From Rhodothermales bacterium (GTDB taxonomy: Bacteria > Bacteroidota > Rhodothermia > Rhodothermales > Bin80), in NCBI GenBank assembly GCA_965219915.1, contig OZ244794.1, positions 708,322-772,321 of the forward strand: a DNA stretch of 64,000 bases. The letters run 5' to 3'. Positions 1-9,689 of this stretch are shown one piece after another; the first letter of the stretch is position 1; every line of letters starts with the position of its first letter. The position numbers and the translations under genes are program-made. The notes below the pieces were generated by a model. The model saw nothing but the letters and a program-made list of their open reading frames with translations, was not told the DNA's origin and made no database searches.

Positions 1-357
1 GATGCGTGGATCACAAAATTCCATGACATGGTGACAATCCAGGCAGATCAAATGATCATGCTGCCAAAAGCGGAAGGAAGGTTCATATTTGGCCTGCGAG
101 TTTCCAAACTGATGTCGGACTACGAGGTCGGAATCCAAAAGCAGACTTAGCGTATTGTAGACTGTAGCACGACTGATCGAGTGTTTTTGCTGCTTCAGTT
201 GAAGGTACAGCGTATCTGCATCTATGTGTCCCGTGGCATCGTATATGGCATCAAGAACGACAAGTCGTGCCTGGGTTTGCCGCAGGCCCCTACGTTTTAG
301 AAATGCTATAAAAAGGTCGCGGACTTCTTTGCGCTGATCTGGGGAGAGTCTCGACAA
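1..357 (-). CDS. Fur-family metal-responsive transcriptional regulator (3' end runs off the window; start uncertain, possibly TTG at 357)
   Basis: My own minus-strand translation gives LSRLSPDQRKEVRDLFIAFLKRRGLRQTQARLVVLDAIYDATGHIDADTLYLQLKQQKHSISRATVYNTLSLLLDSDLVVRHQFGNSQAKYEPSFRFWQHDHLICLDCHHVMEFCDPRI. This has the winged-helix layout (ISRATVYNTL) and the HDHLICxxC metal-site motif typical of the Fur family. It is absent from the ORF track because it is edge-truncated and has no ATG. Confidence 0.7.
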   Translation of the reverse strand, partial: MSRLSPDQRKEVRDLFIAFLKRRGLRQTQARLVVLDAIYDATGHIDADTLYLQLKQQKHSISRATVYNTLSLLLDSDLVVRHQFGNSQAKYEPSFRFWQHDHLICLDCHHVMEFCDPRI

Positions 358-543
358 TGCAGTACTGGGTGGTTGATGTTTATACCTTACACGGGGGAAT
401 CCAGCGTGTTCCGGTAAACAGAGTTACAATAGTATGCTGAAATCCTGTTTTCTTAGGGCGAAAAAACACCCCGTTCATTTGAAGTTTCGGGTGTATTTGC
501 GTAACTTAGGTCTGCGCTCGATAAGCCCCATTGAGGTAGTTCA

Positions 544-1953
544 ATGAGTATTTATTATGATTACAGAGACGACGATTCGTCTGAGGGTCAGAATATCAGG
601 GCCTTGATCAATGCTTTTGAGCGCAGAAGTCCTGAGACTTATTTTGATGTTGATTCGCTTGATAAAATAGCGTTTCACTACTTTGAATCCGGTCGATTCG
701 AGGAAGCACTTTCCGCAATTGATCAGATTCTGACAGTTCAGCCTTTTTCCGCATATACTTGGCTCAAGCGAGGTGTCTTGTTGGGAAATCTGTGCCGTTA
801 TGAAGATTCCCATCAGTCATTGGAAAAAGCGCTCAGCCTCAATCCGCATGACAGCGAGATTTTGCTCAATATGGGCCTAACGCTTGAGGCACTTGGGTGC
901 GATGATGAGGCCGTCAAGCGTTTTGATGAGGCCGTTCGTTTGGATCCGCTTAATGAGGATGCAAACTTCCATCTGGGTTGTGCATCTGCCCGACTGGGCA
1001 GGATTGAAGAGGCGGTTGCCAATCTGCGGATGTGTGCAGATCGAAACCCAGAGCACCCGGATGTCTGGTTTGAGCTCGGTTACTGCTACGATATTCTTCA
1101 GGATTTCGAGGCGAGCCTGGAAGCTTATTCGCACCAGATTGATTTAGATCCGTACTCGTGTGAGACCTGGTTCAATAAGGGGGTGGTGTTGACGAAGCTT
1201 GGGCGAATGGAGGAGGCCCTGCACTGTTATGATCTCACGCTGGATATTGACCCAGGCTTCATACCGGGTTACCACAATCGAGGTAACACGCTGGCCCTGT
1301 TCGGGCGCTTTGAGGAGGCGATAGAGTGCTATCAAGAGATTCTTGATCGCTTGGGTGATGATGCACAGGCATATTGCAATATGGCGCTCGCTGCGGCAGA
1401 GTTGGACGAACTGGATCGCAGTATCCGCTTGTTTCGGAAATCGCTAAATATCGAGCCTGACTTTGCCATGGCGTGGCATGGATTAGGTTGCTGCTATACG
1501 GAGCTCGGACGTCATCGCTTGGCGGTTAGGGCGCATACAAAGGCTACCGAACTTTCTGGAGATAACCTGGATTTCTGGTGTTGCAGGGCTGATGCTGAAT
1601 TAATTGCAGGATACAAACGGAAGGCAGTCAAGTCGTTCAGAAGAATGACCGAGTTACTCCCTGACGATCATCGAGTCTGGATGGAGTACGCATCAGTACT
1701 GTCCCAAAACGGAAAGACACGCGAGGCGTGCAAGGCGTATGAGCGTGCAATCAAGCTGGATCCGGAGTGCCCGACGGCGTGGTATCAGTATTCTGAACTT
1801 CTATTTATGCTTGGCAAGGTTGATCTGTGCCTGGATGCGCTATCAAAGTCCTTTGAGCTAAATCCAGAGTACAGGAAGCGGTTCAGGAAGCACTGTCCTC
1901 CAGAGATATACAATCATCCGCGTTTCAGAGAACGCGTCGGGATAGATTATTAA
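544..1953 (+). CDS. Tetratricopeptide (TPR) repeat protein
   Basis: 469-aa ORF with repeated 34-residue A/L/Y/G-patterned units (e.g. AWHGLGCCYTELGRHRLAVRAHTKATEL, TWFNKGVVLTKLGRMEEALHCYDLTLDIDP). Confidence 0.85.
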   Translation: MSIYYDYRDDDSSEGQNIRALINAFERRSPETYFDVDSLDKIAFHYFESGRFEEALSAIDQILTVQPFSAYTWLKRGVLLGNLCRYEDSHQSLEKALSLNPHDSEILLNMGLTLEALGCDDEAVKRFDEAVRLDPLNEDANFHLGCASARLGRIEEAVANLRMCADRNPEHPDVWFELGYCYDILQDFEASLEAYSHQIDLDPYSCETWFNKGVVLTKLGRMEEALHCYDLTLDIDPGFIPGYHNRGNTLALFGRFEEAIECYQEILDRLGDDAQAYCNMALAAAELDELDRSIRLFRKSLNIEPDFAMAWHGLGCCYTELGRHRLAVRAHTKATELSGDNLDFWCCRADAELIAGYKRKAVKSFRRMTELLPDDHRVWMEYASVLSQNGKTREACKAYERAIKLDPECPTAWYQYSELLFMLGKVDLCLDALSKSFELNPEYRKRFRKHCPPEIYNHPRFRERVGIDY

Positions 1954-1959
1954 ATAGTC

Positions 1960-2571
1960 TTGGACTGGATCAGGCGGCTATACGATTGGGTGCTCGGCTG
2001 GGCTGAGTCCCCCTATGGGGCGGTGGCACTGTTTTTTCTGGCGGTGGCTGAGTCTGTGTTCTTTCCTATTCCCCCGGATGTACTTTTGATTGCGCTCGCG
2101 CTGGGGCGGCGCAGGAAGGCATTGTACTTCGGATTGCTGTGCAGTGCAGGTTCACTTTGTGGGGGGATGATTGGTTATGCACTCGGTCATTTTGCGTGGC
2201 TGACCCCTGATGGATTCACAGCACTCGCACAGTTTTTCTTTCAAAATATCCCTGGATTTAGTGAAGCAGTTTATGCGGACCTGGGGCAAAGATTTGAGGA
2301 GTGGGGTTTCGTGATCATCTTTACCGCAGGTTTTACGCCCGTTCCCTATAAGCTCTTCACTATCAGTGCCGGCGCCTTTGCTATTTCCTTTCCCCTGTTT
2401 CTCTTGGCCTCAGCAATTAGCCGCACAGCACGGTTTATGCTCGTGAGCGTCCTGATCTGGCGCTTTGGAGAACCAGTTCGCGTCTTCATTGACCGCTACT
2501 TTAATTGGCTGGCAATTGCTTTTGCGGTGCTCCTTGTGGGGGGCTTTGCTCTGCTCAAGTTGCTTACTTGA
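1960..2571 (+). CDS. DedA/YqaA-family (VTT domain) inner-membrane protein, TTG start
   Basis: 203 aa and multi-TM. The N-terminal AESVFFPIPPDVLL motif is characteristic of YqaA/DedA proteins. Confidence 0.7.
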   Translation: MDWIRRLYDWVLGWAESPYGAVALFFLAVAESVFFPIPPDVLLIALALGRRRKALYFGLLCSAGSLCGGMIGYALGHFAWLTPDGFTALAQFFFQNIPGFSEAVYADLGQRFEEWGFVIIFTAGFTPVPYKLFTISAGAFAISFPLFLLASAISRTARFMLVSVLIWRFGEPVRVFIDRYFNWLAIAFAVLLVGGFALLKLLT

Positions 2572-4111
2572 TCAGTACGACCTTCGTGCTTGTTACATGT
2601 CGGTCTGTCTGAACCCGGATATAGTAGGTCCCGCTTGGCAGATCACCTGCGTCAAAGGTCAGCGTATGCTCCCCAGCAGGCAATACTCCGTGGTGAATAA
2701 CGTCAATGGATCGCCCAAGCAGATCAAGGGCTTCTGCACGCACTTCAGCCTGTTCGGGTAATGCAAGCACTGCGGATGTGGTAGGATTGAAAGGGTTCGG
2801 GTATGCGGAAGAAAGCGAAAAGGACTCCGGAATTTCCGCCAATCCATCAGTACTTGTAACTGCACCAAGCATCGGATCTAGAATGAATAGGCCGTCTGGA
2901 AAACTACCAACTACTGTAGTGCCACTATCCGGGAAGCGAAATGAGCTCCAGGCTCCATCGTAGGATTTGTTGTCGGAGTCTAGATGCGTGTCAAAGTGCG
3001 CCACCTCCTGTGGTTTTTTGATATCAGAAATATCCACGATGCGCAGGCCAGTGGTATAGTTGGCTGCATACATGTAGTTCCCGTGCACATAGAGATTGTG
3101 ATCAATTGACGAGGTCGAGTGATTGAATGCGGAGAAGAAGACCGGATCCTCAAGGTCGAGCAGGTCCCAAATAATCGTGCGTGTGTTGGGCAACCCATTA
3201 CTCTCATCAAACTCATCATTCATAAGGAAGTATCTGTGGTCTTCGGTAAGCCAGCCCTGATGTGAATACCCGACGGCCGGGTATTCACTTATTGCCAGCG
3301 CCATAGGGTTTTGCTTGTCGGTCACATCGGCTATGCTGATGTGGGTTTCGTTTGATCCGATACAGATTTCTCGGCCTTGGAACTTAGCTTGTGGCCCGCG
3401 GTAGATCACGCATTGGACATCGTGTGTGTACCCATTGCGAGATATGCCGGTTTGCTTATCGGCAAAGCAGCCGGCGAAGGTTGGGTTGACCGGATCTTGC
3501 AGGTCCAAGATATGCAGCCCACGCCCGCCGCATTTATCACGCGGTACCGTGGAATTCGACAGGCTATATCCCACGACGTACGCGAAGCCAGTCTCCTCAT
3601 TTATGGCAATGTTGTGCGCGGATTTAATCGCTTCGTAGGCGGCAGTTTCCTCGAAAATGATGGGACTGCCACTGTAGGCGCGCAGTTGAGTTAGATCAAA
3701 GATCTGTACGCCATTTTGGCCGACCCCATCAACTGTTACATACATGTAGTTCTTATAAACCTTCATATCACGCCAAAGGGTATGCACTTGTGGATCATGA
3801 CCCGGTAGTTGGCCCACGTAAATGGGGTTTACAGGATCAGTAACATCAACAAAGACAACTGCAGCGCTAGAACCCTGGAGTACATACTCACGGTTTGTAT
3901 CTGGGTCGACCCAGCCCCAAATGTCGTTCAGGTATCTAACTTGCATATCCGCCATCGACAGTCGGGATAGCATGTCAACGTTGCTACATGCGTGGCCGGC
4001 GGCCACATTTGCAATACATTGCGTTTCCGATCCGACCACCGACAATGCTTGTGCACCGGCCGAATGTGTGATAAAAAGGGCTAGGATAACGAGACAAAGG
4101 TGACGTTCCAT
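2564..4111 (-). CDS. Secreted choice-of-anchor-B / LVIVD-repeat beta-propeller-like protein with T9SS C-terminal sorting domain
   Basis: Signal peptide MERHLCLVILALFITHSAGAQA. The core is homologous to the C-terminal half of the 14962..17292 protein (WGWVDPDTNREY.., KVYKNYMYV, HNLYVHGNYMY). The C-terminus AYPNPFNPTT...GTYYIRVQTD...VVLIK is a Por/T9SS type-A CTD pattern. Confidence 0.75.
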   Translation of the reverse strand: MERHLCLVILALFITHSAGAQALSVVGSETQCIANVAAGHACSNVDMLSRLSMADMQVRYLNDIWGWVDPDTNREYVLQGSSAAVVFVDVTDPVNPIYVGQLPGHDPQVHTLWRDMKVYKNYMYVTVDGVGQNGVQIFDLTQLRAYSGSPIIFEETAAYEAIKSAHNIAINEETGFAYVVGYSLSNSTVPRDKCGGRGLHILDLQDPVNPTFAGCFADKQTGISRNGYTHDVQCVIYRGPQAKFQGREICIGSNETHISIADVTDKQNPMALAISEYPAVGYSHQGWLTEDHRYFLMNDEFDESNGLPNTRTIIWDLLDLEDPVFFSAFNHSTSSIDHNLYVHGNYMYAANYTTGLRIVDISDIKKPQEVAHFDTHLDSDNKSYDGAWSSFRFPDSGTTVVGSFPDGLFILDPMLGAVTSTDGLAEIPESFSLSSAYPNPFNPTTSAVLALPEQAEVRAEALDLLGRSIDVIHHGVLPAGEHTLTFDAGDLPSGTYYIRVQTDRHVTSTKVVLIK

Positions 4112-4759
4112 GAGATCTTGCCAGCTTAGATGGATTCAACTTTGGGGGAGAGGACGGATGGGAACAAGGTACTGATAGACCACAGACAAATGCAACTAAG
4201 GTCGGTCTTCCTGAGTACTGAGTTCTAAGAGTAAAACGGAGAGTATTTTCGAATGTTCGTACGAGATCAGATTTTCTCCATCCGCCCGCAAGCGTGGGGT
4301 ATATCATCTGAGACGAGATGTCTTTACGAACTTGGGATGTACCTGTGAACCTGATGAATATCCATCCCGGTCGCCATCGGATGACCAAGATCCTCGTCGG
4401 AATCCGAGCTGTCTAGCTGCAAATTATTCCCGGCATCAATTCGATATTGCTCTCGCTGCGTGCGCTTCCGTCAAACACTTGTGCAGCTGACCTGACACAA
4501 TTTTAAAACGTAGGTGTACTCAAGTCAATATGGATTCCCGAAGGGATACGTCCTATTGGATACGAAAAAACATTTTCGGATGCTCGAGGTGTTCACGCAG
4601 ACACCATTGAGCAATCCAGAGTGGTGCCAGCCTTGTACTCGTCTACGCTGTGCCAGTATGAACGTTAACTGTGACTGGTTTGGCGTAATTGATGATCTTG
4701 AGTATTTCTGTTGAGGGTGTGTAGAGCGAAATAGCACTATTTTTCGTACAGCATCCAAG

Positions 4760-6349
4760 ATGCTAAACAACTATTATTTGTTACGCCGACTCGCCCGTGC
4801 CTGGAGTGAGACGCTTCCCGGCAGCAAAGTCCTGGATGCCTGGTCCCATTCACCGGGAGAGTTGACCATAGCGCTTGAACAGGATGGTGTAGTTACGGCG
4901 ACGTCATTCCTGACACACGCGCCGATTGTCGGTGCATTCAGGCGTACAAAGGTAGGGCGCCCGAGACGCAACGTTAAGCCCCTTTTACGATCACTACATG
5001 GGCAGTCAATTGTAGAGATCAGGGTTTCGGAGAGTGACCGCATTCTAACTTTGAGGTGTACGGGAGGTCTTCAGCTTCAGGCGCACCTGTATGGGGCGCA
5101 CGCCAATGTGCTTCTGGCAGACAAGAAGGGGAAGGTTCAGGAAGCGTTTCGCAAATATGCCTCGGCAGAACTCCCTCTTTTGCGCGCCGCGCCAGAGCCC
5201 AAAAATGTTGAAGAGTTTGCAACACGCTGGAAGGATGCGCGTGGTAGTGCTGAGAGGGCCATCCGACGCATTTTCGTACGCTTCAACAGAGATCAGGCTA
5301 GAGAAATCATGCAGTTGCAGCAGTTTAAAGGACGCAGCGCGGAAGTTCTCGACCCTGCGCTAGTGTTTGAGGTGGCGCAGGAATTGCACGAACGTTTGAT
5401 GAGTGCCCGAGGCCCCCTGTATGTCTACAAGGATCCGGTCGCAATCTCTCCTGTTCCCCTTGAGGCGCGAAAGGGAGAGGAGGTATCTGTGTACAGCGAT
5501 ATAGACAATGGTCTGCATACTTATGCACGGCATGCGCTTTCAGAGAGGGCTTATCGCGCACAGTATGAACCTCTACGAAAAAAGCTAGTGCGGATGCTAG
5601 ATAAGGCTGAGCGTTCAGCCTCACGAATGAGGGTTGAGCGGTCTCGCCCCTCACGTGCAGATGAGTATGAACGCCTGGGACATGTTTTGATGGCCTCACC
5701 GCCGTTGCCTGCAGGTAAGCACCGTGTGCGAATCCCGGATGTATTCAATCCCGCAACAGAACTGACCGTATCGCTGGATCCGGCGCTGAACTCTCTGCAA
5801 AATGCGGAACGCTACTATTCGAAAGCACGCAAGGCACGCACATCCCGTGCGCACCTGGATACACTCATCATGCAAGCTGAGGAGAAGGTGGAGTCATTAA
5901 AGCATCAGTTGCAGGCATTGGAAAAAACCCGAACGCAGAAGGATATCAAAGCATTCCAAAAGACATATAAGCAGTCTGTTCGCCCAAATCAGCCTTTCAA
6001 GCGTTATGCTCTCGTGCCGCCCTACGAATTGTGGGTTGGTCGTAATGCGAGGGAAAGTGAGATGCTAACACTCCAGTATGCACGTCCATTTGATTTGTGG
6101 ATGCATGCACGTGGGGTGAGCGGGGCGCACGCGGTGCTAAGGTTACCTGGGCGCAATGCACAGCCAAGTAATCATCTCATAGAACAGGCGGCGTCGATTG
6201 TAGCTTGGCACAGTAAGGCACGAACCAGCAGTGTAGCGCCGGTAATTGTTACTCCTCGTAAGTACGTTCGTAAGGTGCGGGGCACTCCAATCGGTGAGGT
6301 TGCCGTGAGTCGTGAAGAGGTCGTGATGGTCGAACCCGCCTTGCCGTGA
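4760..6349 (+). CDS. NFACT-family protein (FbpA/RqcH-like, C-terminal DUF814/NFACT-R domain)
   Basis: 529 aa. The C-terminal block ELWVGRNARESEMLTL...DLWMHARGVSGAHAVL...AASIVAWHSKA matches the NFACT-R (DUF814) signature. Confidence 0.7.
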   Translation: MLNNYYLLRRLARAWSETLPGSKVLDAWSHSPGELTIALEQDGVVTATSFLTHAPIVGAFRRTKVGRPRRNVKPLLRSLHGQSIVEIRVSESDRILTLRCTGGLQLQAHLYGAHANVLLADKKGKVQEAFRKYASAELPLLRAAPEPKNVEEFATRWKDARGSAERAIRRIFVRFNRDQAREIMQLQQFKGRSAEVLDPALVFEVAQELHERLMSARGPLYVYKDPVAISPVPLEARKGEEVSVYSDIDNGLHTYARHALSERAYRAQYEPLRKKLVRMLDKAERSASRMRVERSRPSRADEYERLGHVLMASPPLPAGKHRVRIPDVFNPATELTVSLDPALNSLQNAERYYSKARKARTSRAHLDTLIMQAEEKVESLKHQLQALEKTRTQKDIKAFQKTYKQSVRPNQPFKRYALVPPYELWVGRNARESEMLTLQYARPFDLWMHARGVSGAHAVLRLPGRNAQPSNHLIEQAASIVAWHSKARTSSVAPVIVTPRKYVRKVRGTPIGEVAVSREEVVMVEPALP

Positions 6350-6377
6350 GGTATCTTCAGCTACACAATAAAAGTAT

Positions 6378-7184
6378 TTGTTCATGACGTGGTGGCAAGC
6401 GGTGATACTGGGACTATTACAGGGACTAACGGAATTTCTTCCCGTTTCTTCCTCGGGACATCTTGTCCTCGCGCAGCATGCGCTTGGGATTCAGCTCACG
6501 CCGGATGTGACGTTTGAAGTTTTGCTTCACACAGGTACGGCACTCAGTATCATGACGGTGTACAGAAATCGATTGCTGACAATGGTAACAGATACGGTCC
6601 GCACGTTACTGCACCCCCAAAAGGCCTACCATACGAACACAAATGTGCGAACTGCATGGCTAGTAGTTTTGGCGAGCATCCCCGCCGGTATGGCGTATGT
6701 GTTCCTCGACGTGCAATTAGAATGGACCTATGCACGTCCCTGGTTCGCGTGCATTATGTTGATCGTAACGGGGGTATTGCTTGGATTTACTATGCTGGCC
6801 CGGTCACAGGGTGCTCCGGTCACACTATGGAAGTCCCTGTTTATGGGTGTTGCACAGGCCGTATCACTTCTTCCGGGGATGTCCAGATCGGGAGCCACCA
6901 TTAGTACGGGGTTGCTGTTCGGTATTAAACCTGAAACTGCTGCGGATTTTTCATTCATAATGGTTCTGCCGGCTATTCTTGGAGCGACGCTGATCAAGGG
7001 AATATCTCTTATGCAATCCCCGGAAGCCGTGGACTGGTTGCCAATGCTGCTCGGTACGGTCATGGCGTACGGTGCAGGCGTTTTTGCTATTCGTGTGGTC
7101 CTCGGCTTTGTTCGCCGTGGACGACTGCATACATTTGCGGTCTATTGCGTAGGAGTAGGGGTGCTGGGACTGATTTTGCTGTAG
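6378..7184 (+). CDS. uppP: Undecaprenyl-diphosphate phosphatase
   Basis: 268-aa polytopic membrane protein with the canonical LTEFLPVSSSGHLVL motif and the PGMSRSGATI second motif. Confidence 0.95.
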   Translation: MFMTWWQAVILGLLQGLTEFLPVSSSGHLVLAQHALGIQLTPDVTFEVLLHTGTALSIMTVYRNRLLTMVTDTVRTLLHPQKAYHTNTNVRTAWLVVLASIPAGMAYVFLDVQLEWTYARPWFACIMLIVTGVLLGFTMLARSQGAPVTLWKSLFMGVAQAVSLLPGMSRSGATISTGLLFGIKPETAADFSFIMVLPAILGATLIKGISLMQSPEAVDWLPMLLGTVMAYGAGVFAIRVVLGFVRRGRLHTFAVYCVGVGVLGLILL

Positions 7185-7224
7185 AATCTTACATTGGTCA
7201 TACCCCTGAAAATTACGCGTTGTC

Positions 7225-8043
7225 ATGCGACTAACACCTTACGAAAAAACTGCACAGAAGGAAGTGGACGCGTGGTTGCGCGGCGATGCCTCTCTTGTTG
7301 CTCGAGCGATGGATTGGGTCATGCGTCCGGTAGACTGGGCGGTGGAGCAGGGAGTCCCAGACAGTGTCGTAGATCAAATGAGCGAAGCTATTGGCGGCTT
7401 TTTATCTAAACTCAATGATGCCACCAAGTGGGCCGTTGACTTGAGCAGCATCCAATCTGAGGCGCGAAAGCATGGCCTGGACATTGAGGATCTGGAAGAT
7501 TTACGCACCGCGTCTCTGAAAACACTGGACGCTATAGCTAGGGGGCTATTCACCCAGAATACCGTGATGGCTGCGCTCAGTGGGGGTGGGACGGGACTGG
7601 GTGGAGCAATGCTGATTGCAGCGGATATTCCACTGCTCTTCGCGATCAATCTTCATCTCATACAGCGGATTGGGGCGGCGTATGGGTTTCCGATGATGGG
7701 GCCTGAGCATGGGCCGATCGTATTGTCAATCTACAATGCGGCGGCCGCCAGTTCCCGGGAGGCCCGCAGTGGCGCCTTGCACGAAGTGGGCATAGCCGCC
7801 GCCGCGTATGCGGGTGGCAGCACTTATCAGGGTCGTGTACGTGGGGTATTTTCGGACCAGTCCAGGCATGTGCCGCGTGAGCTGGCGAAGAATCTGGTTG
7901 GACGAAAACTGTTACAGACAATCCCGTTGGCCGGTGCAGCGGTCGGTGCAGGTGTTAACTATTGGTTCACGAGAGAGACCGCCCAAACGTCTTACATGTT
8001 GTTTCGGGCGCTCTATTTGGAGCACAAAGACCGCCTTCAATAG
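7225..8043 (+). CDS. EcsC-family protein
   Basis: 272 aa. LTPYEKTAQKEVDAWL.., GGTGLGGAMLIAADIPLLFAINLHLIQRIGAAYGF and GRKLLQTIPLAGAAVGAGVNYWFT are collinear with the EcsC family (B. subtilis EcsC layout). Confidence 0.8.
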   Translation: MRLTPYEKTAQKEVDAWLRGDASLVARAMDWVMRPVDWAVEQGVPDSVVDQMSEAIGGFLSKLNDATKWAVDLSSIQSEARKHGLDIEDLEDLRTASLKTLDAIARGLFTQNTVMAALSGGGTGLGGAMLIAADIPLLFAINLHLIQRIGAAYGFPMMGPEHGPIVLSIYNAAAASSREARSGALHEVGIAAAAYAGGSTYQGRVRGVFSDQSRHVPRELAKNLVGRKLLQTIPLAGAAVGAGVNYWFTRETAQTSYMLFRALYLEHKDRLQ

Positions 8044-8675
8044 CCACATATTGAGGCCCCCTAGGCTACAACTATGAAATAGGGGGACTTTCGATATTGC
8101 ATCGCGGCCAATTCCTCTATTGCAGATAGTATGCCCCTTGCGGGCCGCTTGATTCTGCTGCTACTGGTTCGACAACTCAAGTTTCTTCGCTAACCATCCT
8201 CACACTTCCGGCCATTCCTCTTGGATGGATCGGCGTGGTCCGTTGGGTTATGACGTTGCTAGAGGTGATTTCGTTGGCCGGAATCGCGCTCGATAGTGCG
8301 ACAGGTCTCATTGATCGGATTCAAATTGAGGTTGACGAGAATAGCCTCGCTCCGGGGAGGGCCGACACATAAGCCGCTCAGCAAATGTTTCGGTCGATCA
8401 AGTCAACCACCGCGGTTGGTGGACTGCTTAGTCTGTGGCTGGCTTGCGATTCCCCGTTCCTATCTGAAGCGGTTGCGATCTTGTTTGGAGTGGCGTTCGC
8501 CTCCGTCTTTGCCCTCTGTTCGTACCGGCATTCAATTGTCTGCTGTTCCACGGGCACTCCCATAAGACTGCAAAGCCGTTGGCCGTACTCGTCGGCATAT
8601 TAACAGCAATGATGCCCACGGAACCACACACGATGCTGAATTCAACTCCCAAACGAACCAGAGAATATCCTTCAA

Positions 8676-9029
8676 CTAATGATTACTTGGCAAAATCAGT
8701 TCTTCTTTAAGCCAGACAGCCAACTCCTCAAGCGACATGTCTCCGCGAGCAACGGCAGTGATGACTCCTACCATGGCTTCAGGGTCCACCGTCGTGTCAT
8801 ACCCACTTCTGCGAATAAGCAAAACGGCTAGATAAAGAGCTGTTCGTTTGTTCCCATCCACAAACCCATGGTTTGAAACGATTCCGTGAATCAGAGCAGC
8901 AGTTTTTTCGTGAAGGGACTCGAAATATCCGTGATACGGGCGTGCCAGTGCGGAACGAATGGCATGTTCGTTCAGGATTCCAGGTGCTCCGCCATCAACA
9001 AGTGCTTCATCGTGGGCACGAATCGAATC
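8676..9029 (-). pseudogene. doc: Doc (death-on-curing) / Fic-family toxin, apparently 5'-frameshifted
   Basis: The minus-strand frame reads DSIRAHDEALVDGGAPGILNEHAIRSALARPYHGYFESLHEKTAALIHGIVSNHGFVDGNKRTALYLAVLLIRRSGY..., which contains the Fic motif HxFxDGNKR. An in-frame TAG lies at 9032-9030. The only suitable ATG (9036-9034, reading ATG GTA G|GAT TCG ATT) is one base out of frame. The ORF track reports only the 61-aa tail, whose start falls inside the Fic motif. Confidence 0.7.
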
Positions 9030-9054
9030 CTACCATGCGATGAGGTAGTGAGTT

Positions 9055-9261
9055 TTACAGATCTGCCAACATCTCCATGGCCTTCCTATGCTTGACCGAG
9101 GTTTCTTTGATGATCCTTTCAGAAATCGGGCATACTTTCAAGCCCGATTCGTGGGTCGTAGAAACCACAGGCTTCGGCGTATCATCTTTTGAAGCTGGCT
9201 TGACCTTGTCCGGCCGCAAGCCAGGGGGCTGATGAGTTTTAGCTGTCATGAAGATTTCCAC
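9055..9261 (-). CDS. Putative antitoxin partner of Doc (family not recognised)
   Basis: 68-aa ORF ending 18 nt upstream of the Doc-associated ATG on the same strand. The assignment rests on position only. The N-terminus is low complexity and Pro/Lys-rich. Confidence 0.35.
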   Translation of the reverse strand: MEIFMTAKTHQPPGLRPDKVKPASKDDTPKPVVSTTHESGLKVCPISERIIKETSVKHRKAMEMLADL

Positions 9262-9445
9262 ATTGGGCTACTCCAAGCGTGCTACGCGTGCTATTTTGCA
9301 TGGTTTCAACCCCCCTAACAACGCAACAAAGTAGACCATCTAGAAAATCCCCCGTCTGTTGTAACACATGATCGGATGACGTGAAGGGGGCCTCACCAAA
9401 ATTGGGCGTCTCCTATGCCAGGGGCTCACGCTTGAAAATAATTGG

Positions 9446-9554
9446 TAACGAATGATGCAAGGATAATCAAGTTGCCAAATACGTGAGGGGTAGTTACCTT
9501 TGAGTTTTTTAGCAAACGGTGCCGCGCATTTTCAGGCTCCATTCTGAGTTCAGT
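9446..9554. repeat. Degenerate ~110-bp direct repeat, copy 1 (upstream of the antitoxin/doc cassette)
   Basis: Shares collinear blocks with 10316..10431: aacgaat; ataatcaagtt (11/11); tacgtgaggg vs tacgtcaggg; and the core gcgcattttcaggctccattctgagttcagt vs gcgcattttcaggcaccattcttggctcagt (27/31). Confidence 0.75.
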
Positions 9555-9689
9555 AAGCTAATTAACGCTATGCAACTACGATATCCGGCACCTGGGTATG
9601 GACGTATCAAGATGGGAGTGATTATACGCTTATAAAGGCGAAGGCGAATTCTCTTTGATCTCCTTCTCGACATCCAAAATCACCTTTCG

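Noticed and set aside
3984-4388. 134-aa minus-strand ORF spanning the start of 2564..4111 and its upstream region.
   Set aside because: It is a different frame overlapping the signal-peptide region of the real gene, with Arg/Ser/Pro-rich composition.
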